Origin: Deltaproteobacteria bacterium
GTDB taxonomy: Bacteria; Myxococcota; Myxococcia; Myxococcales; 40CM-4-68-19
Direction: 5' to 3'
Length of the DNA stretch: 57,192 nt
NCBI GenBank assembly: GCA_043782525.1
Contig: JAYWAJ010000452.1
Coordinates: 1 to 57,192, forward strand
Shown piece by piece: positions 29,235 to 36,514 of this stretch (the stretch's first letter is position 1; every line of letters starts with the position of its first letter). The notes below the pieces were generated by a model. The model saw nothing but the letters and a program-made list of their open reading frames with translations, made no database searches and was not told the DNA's origin. Made by a program: the position numbers and the translations under genes.

Positions 29235-29250
29235 TGCAGCGAACGTGCCG
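29235..29250 (-). promoter_or_regulatory. Sigma-54 (-24/-12) promoter candidate for the hybrid-kinase / partner-switch / Mla operon
   Basis: The minus strand reads CGGCACG-TTCG-CTGCA with correct GG-N10-GC spacing, about 67 nt upstream of the ATG at 29168 (GGAGG RBS). Confidence 0.55.
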
Positions 29251-29280
29251 CACGTCCGTTACCCCAAACGCCCGACGTGC

Positions 29281-29311
29281 CTCGGGCCACCGAGGCTGCC
29301 GGTGGCCCGAG
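29281..29311 (-). terminator. Perfect 12-bp stem hairpin downstream of DUF3494 paralogue d
   Basis: ctcgggccaccg / cggtggcccgag with a 7-nt loop. A second small hairpin (gtccgcg/cgcggac) lies at about 29326-29346. Confidence 0.55.
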
Positions 29312-29362
29312 CACCGTTCACGAGCGTCCGCGAAGCGTCCGCGGACTCTTTGCCCGACCCGA

Positions 29363-30817
29363 CTACGGAGCGGGCTGCACGACCGTCGCCTTTTGCAGGG
29401 CGACCGCCGTCTGCGAGAGGAGCCTGCCGTTCATCGAGGCGCCGGTCACCAGCGTGACGTCTGTCTTGCAGAGCAGGACGCCTTCGAAGTGCGCGCCGGC
29501 CCCGATGCTCGCCTTGCCGGCGACCTGCCACCAGATGTTCTTCGCCAGCGCGCCGCCGGCCAGAATGACCTTCATGTTGTCGGCCTGGGTGAGGTCGCCG
29601 GTGGTCTGGAAGATCCAAGTGTCGTTGGGGCCGCCGGAGATGGTCACGTCCGAGAGGATGTCCACGCTGCTCGTCCACTTGTAGAGGCCCGGCGCCAGCG
29701 TCTGGCCTCCGATGTGGCCGGTGAGGAGCTCGTTGAAGTCGGGCGTGGTTCGGCCCGCGGCGTCGGTGTAAGCGCCTTCCATGTTGCCGACCGCGGTGGT
29801 CAGGTTGATCGGAGTCGGATCCGCCTGGTCGGCGGCGTAGACCTTGCCGACCACCTGGGGCGAGGTCGCGTACCCGGTGGCGTCGGTCAGCCCAAAGCCG
29901 GTGATGAAGCTCTCGGCGGCAGGGCTCACCGCGATGTCTCCGGTGATGGTTGCGGTCACTGGCACGGTGGGGACCGAGGAGATGGCCGTTTTCGCCAGGA
30001 CGACGTAGTTGCCCGCCGTCCCGAGCAACACCGGCGCGGGCCCCTTTGCGACGGTGGTGCCGGTGGTGAAGTTCCACGAGTAGGCGCTCGCCAGCGGGTT
30101 GCCTACCGAGTCCTTGACTCCGGTGGAGAGAGAAGCCGTGTAGACGAGGCTGCCGCTCAGCGGGCTGGTAGGCTTGAAGGTTGCGGAGGTGCCCGGACCA
30201 TAGGAGACGCTACCCGGTACAGCAGTGGTCCCCTGCTTCAGCGTAAACGTGATGGCGGTGATCGTCGAGGCGTCCATCGCCTTGCTGAAGCTGGCGGCGA
30301 CCGTCGTGTTGAGGGCCACGCCAGTAGCGTCCTTCACCGGGGTCGTCGCGCTGACCACCGGCGGGGTGGTGCTCGCGGTCGTCCCGGTGGTGAAGGTCCA
30401 GGCATGATCCGCAGCCAGAGCGGCTCCTGCCGTCGAGGTCGCCCCGGCGGTGATGGTGGCGGTGAAGGCGGTGCTCGCGGCCAGCGCGCTGGTAGGCGTG
30501 AAGGTCGCGGTCAGGCCGTCTGCGCTGGTGGTCACAGCTCCCGCGACCGCGGTGGCGCCTTGCTTGAGCGTGAAGCTGGTCGCGCCGAGCGGAGCCATCG
30601 CCCGGTCGAAGGTGGCGGTGGGCTTGATGTTGAGCGCCACGTTGGTGGCTGCGTTCAGGGGCGTCGTCGAGCTGATCGTGGGCGCCGGGGGAGGGGGTGT
30701 GGCGGGTGTGTCGCTCCCGCAGCCGAGCGCGGTGAGCGCCAGGAGGACGAGCGCTAAGGGGGCGACGCGACTGGTTCGGACAGACGGGTGGTGGGAATTT
30801 GCGAGAGACGAACGCAT
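29363..30817 (-). CDS. Lipoprotein with 2 tandem Ig-like (SbsA/Big_5-type) domains and a C-terminal DUF3494 ice-binding-like domain (paralogue d)
   Basis: Start chosen at MRSSLANS... with lipobox 'LTALGC' and a GGAG RBS; the track's longer ORF to 30946 has no signal peptide. Two Ig units are present. The DUF3494 part reads 'LGTAGNYVVLAKTAIS', 'ITGDIAVSP', 'MEGAYTDAAGR', 'LAPGLYKWTSSV', 'GGPNDTWIFQTTGDLT', 'GGALAKNIWWQVAG', 'FEGVLLC', 'NGRLLSQ'. Confidence 0.88.
   Translation of the reverse strand: MRSSLANSHHPSVRTSRVAPLALVLLALTALGCGSDTPATPPPPAPTISSTTPLNAATNVALNIKPTATFDRAMAPLGATSFTLKQGATAVAGAVTTSADGLTATFTPTSALAASTAFTATITAGATSTAGAALAADHAWTFTTGTTASTTPPVVSATTPVKDATGVALNTTVAASFSKAMDASTITAITFTLKQGTTAVPGSVSYGPGTSATFKPTSPLSGSLVYTASLSTGVKDSVGNPLASAYSWNFTTGTTVAKGPAPVLLGTAGNYVVLAKTAISSVPTVPVTATITGDIAVSPAAESFITGFGLTDATGYATSPQVVGKVYAADQADPTPINLTTAVGNMEGAYTDAAGRTTPDFNELLTGHIGGQTLAPGLYKWTSSVDILSDVTISGGPNDTWIFQTTGDLTQADNMKVILAGGALAKNIWWQVAGKASIGAGAHFEGVLLCKTDVTLVTGASMNGRLLSQTAVALQKATVVQPAP
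30059..30685 (-). repeat. Two tandem Ig-like domain-encoding repeats inside paralogue d
   Basis: Roughly aa 45-145 and 152-253 share the motif order seen in paralogue a. Confidence 0.65.
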
Positions 30818-30953
30818 TGATTTGCTCCGGATTACTTCAATGGATAGTACGAAAGGAGACTCAATCCGTTGCCCGAGCGATTCTCGCAAGGGAGGACGGC
30901 CCCAACCTAAGACCCGGAAATTCCAAGTCAAGGCAATCGAGTTCAAATGCCAT

Positions 30954-31007
30954 TCAAGCGCTCGCTACTGTGGGCCTTTCTTGGTTTACGATTGAGCGAG
31001 CGCTTGA
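30954..31007. repeat. 13-bp perfect inverted repeat with a 28-nt spacer in a long, lower-GC divergent intergenic region
   Basis: TCAAGCGCTCGCT ... AGCGAGCGCTTGA, followed on the plus strand by TTTGATTG. No adjacent gene reads into it. Confidence 0.5.
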
Positions 31008-31254
31008 TTTGATTGTCGTGAACTCAACTGCCGGGGCCAGTGCAGTCCAGCAGGCGCGCAAAAAACCGTCTTAGGCGGAGCGCCGGCGGGACGCCCCGGG
31101 CGTGGTGGCGACCCGGGAGGAGCCAGCCACTTGGCGGGAAAATGACCGTTGGGAGAATGTTAGCAGGTCGCTGCAGTCCAACCAGCGAAGAACGATGGGG
31201 CTGCCGTCTCAGTGCCGGGCGTCAGCAGGGTTCGATTTCGGCGGAGAGCGCGTC

Positions 31255-32376
31255 ATGAACGACCGCGTCTGGAAGATCGCTTTCTTTCTGTCTCTCGTCT
31301 TGCCGGCCTGCTTCTCCGAGACGGCCAGCCTCAAGCCGCTGGTCTGGGAGAAGGTGCCGGGCGGGGGGCCGCGAGGCTCGGTGCTCGGACTGGGAGGCAG
31401 CGGCGCCTTCGACGCCCTGGCAAACTTCACCACCCGCGCCTTCAAGGACGGCGCGACCTACGCGCTCTATTACGGCGGCAGCGACGCCGGCGGCAGCTGC
31501 GCCGGCATCAACGGCACGCACTGGCGCATCGGGCTCGCCCGCTCGCCCGACGGGCTGTCTTTCACCCGCGTTCCGGGGACGGAGACGGGCGGCGCCATCC
31601 TCGATCTCGGCACCGCCGGCCATTTCGACGATTACCTGACCTATCGTCCCTATGTCCTCAAGGACGATAACGTCTATCGCATGTGGTATAACGGCAGCAC
31701 CCATCCATTCAATTGTCCCGCCGGCCAGCTCGCCCTCGACCGGCGCCTCGGCTACGCCGAATCCGCCGACGGAGTCTCCTGGACGCGGAGGTATGACGGC
31801 GCCGGGCCGGGCGGCAGCGTGCTTCCCCTCGGCGCCAGCGGGGAGTTCGACGCCCAGCAGGTGGCCTATGCCTGGATCATCAAGGATACGGCTGATTACA
31901 AAATGTATTACTCCGCCAATGACGCCAACAACTTCTGGCGGGTGGGCCTCGCGGTCTCCGCCGACGCCCGCACCTGGACCAAGGTGCGCGGCAAGCTCGC
32001 CAACGGCTCCATCCTCGATCTCGGGCCGGCCGGCGCCTTCGACGTGGCCTGCGCCTACCAGCCTTCGGTGGTGAAGGAGAACGGGAGCCTCTACCGGATG
32101 TGGTACCGCGGCTGCCAGGCGCCCGGTCCCTTGGGCGGGCCCAGCCGCGGCGCCATCGGCTATGCGGAGTCCAACGACGGAAGGACCTGGCTGAAGATTC
32201 CGCAGCAGGGCCCGCTGGGCGAGGCGCTGCGGGTGGGCGCGGCCGGCCAGTTCGATTCCGGCGGCCTGACCACGCCGTCGGTCTTTCTCGATGGCAATAC
32301 CTGGAACATGTATTACGCGGGGTTCGATACCACCGGCCAATACCTCTCCGGGCTGGCGCGGGCGGCGCGCCAGTGA
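31255..32376 (+). CDS. Secreted five-bladed beta-propeller, glycoside-hydrolase-like (GH32/43/130-clan fold) protein
   Basis: N-terminal hydrophobic signal or lipobox 'LVLPAC'. A blade motif repeats four to five times: 'G..G.FD......P.V.....Y.MWY.G......IG.A.S.DG..W'. Confidence 0.6.
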   Translation: MNDRVWKIAFFLSLVLPACFSETASLKPLVWEKVPGGGPRGSVLGLGGSGAFDALANFTTRAFKDGATYALYYGGSDAGGSCAGINGTHWRIGLARSPDGLSFTRVPGTETGGAILDLGTAGHFDDYLTYRPYVLKDDNVYRMWYNGSTHPFNCPAGQLALDRRLGYAESADGVSWTRRYDGAGPGGSVLPLGASGEFDAQQVAYAWIIKDTADYKMYYSANDANNFWRVGLAVSADARTWTKVRGKLANGSILDLGPAGAFDVACAYQPSVVKENGSLYRMWYRGCQAPGPLGGPSRGAIGYAESNDGRTWLKIPQQGPLGEALRVGAAGQFDSGGLTTPSVFLDGNTWNMYYAGFDTTGQYLSGLARAARQ

Positions 32377-33128
32377 TCCGCCTCGCGCCTTGGCTCCTGC
32401 TGCTCACCGCTGGCGCGGCCTCCGCGCAGACCATGCTCGATCAGGAGCAGCGCCTCATCGACATCCATTCGCTCTTGCTCGACCTCCCCGCGGTCGAGGC
32501 GCCCGGCGCCCTGGGCGCGGGCCAGCTCGACGTGGGCGTGGAGGTCATCACCATTCCCCTCATCGACGGCACCACCGGCAGCAAGCGGCAGATCACCGCC
32601 TCCGACCAGACGCGCGTCTTTCCCCGGCCGCGACTCGCCTACGGCCTGCCGGCGCCCAGCGGCTTCCGCGCCTTCGTGGGGGCTTCCTTCATTCCGCCGG
32701 TCCAGCTGCGCAACGTCAGCACCAGCTACCTGGCGGGAGAGGCCGGAGTCGCCTGGGCTCCCGGCCCGCTGCGGCTGGGGGTGCGCGGGTACCTGCTGCA
32801 TGCCGTCTCGCGGAGCCCGGTCACCGATCCGGCGATCCGCGACACGCTGCGGACCACTTCTTCCGGTGTGGATCTTTCGGGCGCGTTCCCCTTGCCGCTG
32901 GGCCTGACTCCCTATGCCGGGCTCGGCCTCACCCACCTGAGCGGCAACTTCCAGGTGACCAGCGACGCCGAGGTCCTCACCAGCGCGGCCACCCTGCTCA
33001 CGCTCCACGCGGGCCTGCGCCTCCTGCTCGGCGATCGATGGGAAGGTGTCGCCGAGCTCGGTTACTATCCCGGCCGGCTCATGCATCCGAACTTCCGCCT
33101 CGCTTACCTGTTCGGTCCGAATTCCTGA
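32373..33128 (+). CDS. Hypothetical outer-membrane beta-barrel-like protein
   Basis: GTGA overlap with the upstream gene. Signal 'VIRLAPWLLLLTAGAASAQ'. C-terminal 'FRLAYLF' aromatic end. Confidence 0.55.
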   Translation: MIRLAPWLLLLTAGAASAQTMLDQEQRLIDIHSLLLDLPAVEAPGALGAGQLDVGVEVITIPLIDGTTGSKRQITASDQTRVFPRPRLAYGLPAPSGFRAFVGASFIPPVQLRNVSTSYLAGEAGVAWAPGPLRLGVRGYLLHAVSRSPVTDPAIRDTLRTTSSGVDLSGAFPLPLGLTPYAGLGLTHLSGNFQVTSDAEVLTSAATLLTLHAGLRLLLGDRWEGVAELGYYPGRLMHPNFRLAYLFGPNS

Positions 33129-33147
33129 AGCCACAAGGAGAACTGCC

Positions 33148-33507
33148 ATGCGCCTGTTCATCGTGCCCGTCGCCGCCCTGCTCGCCGCCTGCGGCGGCAG
33201 TTCCGGGGGCGGCAACAAGGCGGCCGCCGTCCAGGTCAGCCTCGTCGCCAGCGGGGTCTCGCCCGCGTCCGTGAACGTCGGCAGCGGCGGCCAGGTGCAC
33301 TTCGTCAACAACGACACCGCGCCCCACCAGATCGCCTCGACCAGCTGCACCGAGCTGGTCTCCCCCAGCCTGGCCGCCGGCAAGGACTTCACCGCCCCGA
33401 TCGGGACCGGCCCCAAGACCTGCACCTACGACGACGGCCTCAATCCTTCGGCGGCGGCTTTCGCGGGGACCATCAACGTCGCCGCGCCTTCCGCGCCCGG
33501 CTACTGA
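33148..33507 (+). CDS. Cupredoxin-like small lipoprotein
   Basis: Lipobox 'LLAACG'. 'VNVGSGGQVHFVNNDTAPHQI' resembles cupredoxin_1-type proteins. AAGGAG RBS. Confidence 0.55.
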   Translation: MRLFIVPVAALLAACGGSSGGGNKAAAVQVSLVASGVSPASVNVGSGGQVHFVNNDTAPHQIASTSCTELVSPSLAAGKDFTAPIGTGPKTCTYDDGLNPSAAAFAGTINVAAPSAPGY

Positions 33508-33509
33508 GC

Positions 33510-34181
33510 TTGAAGAGCTTGCGCGCCGCTCTCCTCCTCGCCTCGCTGGCGACCGCGGCCCAGGCCGATCCGGCGCAGTCGTACCGGCTGGCGCAGGGCG
33601 CGGCGGGTCCCGGCCTCACCGTCTCGCTCCATTACACCTTCGGCACCCACCAGGTGCGCGCCCTGCGCGCGACGGGCGAGGTGCGCTTCGATCCCGACGC
33701 ACCGGAGGCCCTCCGCGGAAGGCTACAGGTCGCCATCGGCGATCTGCAGAGCGACAACGCCGAGCGCGATTGCCATATGCGCGAGGCGCTGGGCCTGGAC
33801 TATGCGCGCTCGCGCTATCCCAGGGACCACGTCTGCAGCGGCGACGCGATCCCGGCGGGAATGGTCTCCTTTCCCGAGATCGCGCTCGAGCTGCAGGGCG
33901 CCCGCTCGCCGCCGGTGGCGACGCTGGCGGTGGGCAAGGAGACGCCCGTCGCCGTCGACGCGGCCTGGGTGATCCACGGTGTCCGGCGCCCGGCGAAGCT
34001 GGACCTCACCGTCTCGCGGGACGCAAGGACGCCGGGCGCGCTGCGCATCCGCGGCAGCGCGCCGATCCGGCTGCAGGACTTCGGCGTGGTGGTGAAGAGC
34101 GCGACCATCGTCTTCGTGACCAGCTCCGTGGACGAGATCGCCACCGTCCACTTCGACCTCACGCTTACCCCGGTGCGGTAG
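33510..34181 (+). CDS. YceI-like domain periplasmic protein
   Basis: Signal 'MKSLRAALLLASLATAAQA' and a lipocalin-like beta pattern 'L.V.I..L.S.N..RD.H+....L' with C-terminal 'V.F.L.L'. Confidence 0.55.
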   Translation: MKSLRAALLLASLATAAQADPAQSYRLAQGAAGPGLTVSLHYTFGTHQVRALRATGEVRFDPDAPEALRGRLQVAIGDLQSDNAERDCHMREALGLDYARSRYPRDHVCSGDAIPAGMVSFPEIALELQGARSPPVATLAVGKETPVAVDAAWVIHGVRRPAKLDLTVSRDARTPGALRIRGSAPIRLQDFGVVVKSATIVFVTSSVDEIATVHFDLTLTPVR

Positions 34182-34183
34182 AC

Positions 34184-34744
34184 CTAGAACTCCCAGCCGA
34201 GGATCACCGTCGCCAGGGGAAAGACCCGCAGCTGGTGGAAGGTGTGCGCGCCCACCGCGGCGGTGCGCGCGCCGAGGAGCGGAAGCCCCGCGCTCACGAA
34301 CGGCTTGACGAAGAACCCCACGCCCTCGAATGGAAAGGCGCGGAAGGCGAGGGTCGGAAACGCATAGATCTGGTCGAGCGTCCCCTCTCCCGGCTCGCCC
34401 TGGAAGTGCGCCGCGAACCGGTCGAAGTGCAGCTGCGCGCCGAGGAGCAGCGCATTGCGGGTCCACTGGACCGCGTGCCAGTACCCCTCCACCGTCACGC
34501 CCTTGAGGTCGGCGGTGAAGCCCTGGTTGCCCGGCTCCACCAGCGTCAGGAGCGACTCGGAGAGGCGCGAGGAGAAGAGCGCCACCTCGACGCTAAACCG
34601 TCCGCCCGGGAGGACGGCGCCGCCGTGGAGGGAGAAGCCGTGCAGCACGTACGGCAGCGGGTCGGCGGCCAGGTAGAAATGGGCGGGCGCGCTCTCGGCG
34701 AGAGCGGCGAGGGGCGCGAGGGTGAGCAGGAGCGCGAGTCGCAT
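34184..34744 (-). CDS. Hypothetical outer-membrane protein
   Basis: Signal 'MRLALLLTLAPLAALA' at the internal ATG, and a C-terminal 'GWEF' beta-barrel-type terminus. The called GTG at 34804 adds 20 non-signal residues. Confidence 0.5.
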   Translation of the reverse strand: MRLALLLTLAPLAALAESAPAHFYLAADPLPYVLHGFSLHGGAVLPGGRFSVEVALFSSRLSESLLTLVEPGNQGFTADLKGVTVEGYWHAVQWTRNALLLGAQLHFDRFAAHFQGEPGEGTLDQIYAFPTLAFRAFPFEGVGFFVKPFVSAGLPLLGARTAAVGAHTFHQLRVFPLATVILGWEF

Positions 34745-34824
34745 CCGGAAACGATAGGCATCGGGCGGGGGCTTCGCCTTGGGGATGGACTTCCCGGGCG
34801 TCACCTGACCATGACCGTGCGCCG

Positions 34825-36513
34825 ATGAGCGCGTTCTACCGAGCGCTGGGCAAGCACCGGCACGGCGAGAGCGGCCGCCGCTGGATCTTCGTGCCGCCCG
34901 ACCAGCTCAGCGATCAGCTCGGCCCCCTGGCGCGGGAGCCGCCGCGCACGCTGGGCATCGTCCTCGTCGAGACTCCCGCCAAGGCGGCGCGGCGGCCCTA
35001 CCACCAGCAGAAGCTGGCGCTGGTGCTCGCCAACCTGCGCCACTTCGCGCTCGAGCAGGCGGAGCGCGGCGTCGCGGTCCGCCACCTGGTCTCGCCCGCT
35101 GGCTACGCCTCCGCCCTGGCGCCGCTCGCCGCTGCGCTGGGTCCGCTGCGGATGATGCGCGCCGCCGAGCGGGAGCTGCGGGTCGAGCTGCAGCCGCTGG
35201 TCGAGTCGGGCGCGCTGCAGGTCCAGCCCCACGAAGGCTGGCTCACCAGCGAGGCCGACTTCAACGAGAGCCAGCACGGCGGGCACCCCCCGTTCCGCAT
35301 GGACGCGTTCTACCGCCACGTGCGCCGCGGCACCGGGCTGCTCATGGAGAAGGACAAGCCCAAAGGCGGGCGCTTCAGCTTCGACACCGAGAACCGGCAG
35401 CGCTGGAACGGCGACCCGCCCGCGCCCGAGGCGCCCCGCTTTCCCCGCGACGCCATCAAGGACGAGGTCTGCAACTTGATTGGGGAGCAATTCGCGCACC
35501 ATCCGGGAACGCTCGATCCGGAAGCGCTGCCGGCCACCCGCGCCGACGCCGAGTCGATCTGGGCGCGGGCGCTCGCGCTCTTGCCCTGGTTCGGCCCTTA
35601 CGAGGACGCGATGGCGCAGCGGTCGTCGTCGCTCTTCCATAGTCGCGTCTCCGGCCTGCTCAACCTGCACCGCCTGCTGCCGGAACGGCTGGTGCGGGAA
35701 GCGGCCAGCGCCGAGGCGCCGCTGGCGTCGCGGGAAGGCTTCGTGCGGCAGATCCTCGGCTGGCGCGAGTTCGTCCGCCACGTGCACGAGCACACCGACG
35801 GCTTTCGCCTTCTCCCGGCGGGCCCGGTGGCCCAGCTCGATGCTCCCGGCGACGGCGGCTATGCGCGCTGGGCAAAAAAGCCCTGGCCGCGCGTTCCGGG
35901 CGGCGACGGCGGCGCGCTGCCGGGTTTCCTGCGGGCGGAGGCGCCGCTGCCGCCCGCGTACTGGGGCGCGCCTTCCGGGCTGCATTGTCTCGACAGCGTG
36001 GTGCAGGACGTCTGGCGCGAGGCCTACAGCCATCACATCACGCGGCTGATGGTGCTCTCCAACATCGCCACGCTGCTCGGGGTCTCGCCGCGCGAATTGA
36101 CCGACTGGTTCTGGGCCGCCTATCTCGACGCCTATGACTGGGTGGTCGAGCCCAATGTCCTGGCGATGGGATCGTTCGCGGCCGGCGAGGTGATGACCAC
36201 CAAGCCCTACGTCGCCGGCGCCGCTTACATCCACCGGATGAGCGATCTCTGCGGCGGCTGCGCCTTCGACCCGCGCCGCGACTGCCCGCTGACGCCGATG
36301 TACTGGGACTTCCTCGCCCGCAACGACGCGCGCCTCGCCAAAAACCCGCGGATGAAGCTGCCGCTCGCATCGATGCGCAAGCGCACGGCCGCGCAACACG
36401 CCCACGACGCGCGCGTGCACCGCCTGGCGCTCGTCAAGCTGGGCCGGGGCGAGCGGCTCGCGCCGGAAGACTTTGCCGCCGCCGCCGCCGGTGCCAGGCC
36501 GGCCAGGCGCTGA
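34825..36513 (+). CDS. Cryptochrome/photolyase-family protein of the FeS-BCP (CryB/PhrB, COG3046) type
   Basis: 'RWIFVPPDQL' N-terminus, 'FRMDAFYR', 'GWREFVRHV', 'HITRLMVLSN', and C-terminal 'YIHRMSDLCGGCAFDPRRDCPLTPMYWDFL' with the clustered Cys typical of the Fe-S subgroup. Confidence 0.8.
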   Translation: MSAFYRALGKHRHGESGRRWIFVPPDQLSDQLGPLAREPPRTLGIVLVETPAKAARRPYHQQKLALVLANLRHFALEQAERGVAVRHLVSPAGYASALAPLAAALGPLRMMRAAERELRVELQPLVESGALQVQPHEGWLTSEADFNESQHGGHPPFRMDAFYRHVRRGTGLLMEKDKPKGGRFSFDTENRQRWNGDPPAPEAPRFPRDAIKDEVCNLIGEQFAHHPGTLDPEALPATRADAESIWARALALLPWFGPYEDAMAQRSSSLFHSRVSGLLNLHRLLPERLVREAASAEAPLASREGFVRQILGWREFVRHVHEHTDGFRLLPAGPVAQLDAPGDGGYARWAKKPWPRVPGGDGGALPGFLRAEAPLPPAYWGAPSGLHCLDSVVQDVWREAYSHHITRLMVLSNIATLLGVSPRELTDWFWAAYLDAYDWVVEPNVLAMGSFAAGEVMTTKPYVAGAAYIHRMSDLCGGCAFDPRRDCPLTPMYWDFLARNDARLAKNPRMKLPLASMRKRTAAQHAHDARVHRLALVKLGRGERLAPEDFAAAAAGARPARR

Positions 36514-36514
36514 C

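Noticed and set aside
30818-30950. A sigma-54 promoter for DUF3494 paralogue d inside the conserved upstream block.
   Set aside because: GGGCAAC-GGAT-TGAGT lacks the invariant -12 GC, and alternative registers have the wrong spacing. The weak matches at 16249-16264 (GGGCAAG-GGGT-TCGCT), 31150-31165 (TGGGAG-AATGT-TAGCA) and 43727-43743 (CGGGTAAACGCTTGCA, minus strand) are also too poor to call as features.
34745-34804. The N-terminal 20 codons of the 34184-34804 ORF.
   Set aside because: The signal peptide begins at the internal Met (34744) and the upstream residues are hydrophilic. Neither candidate start has a clear RBS, so this is a preference and not a certainty.
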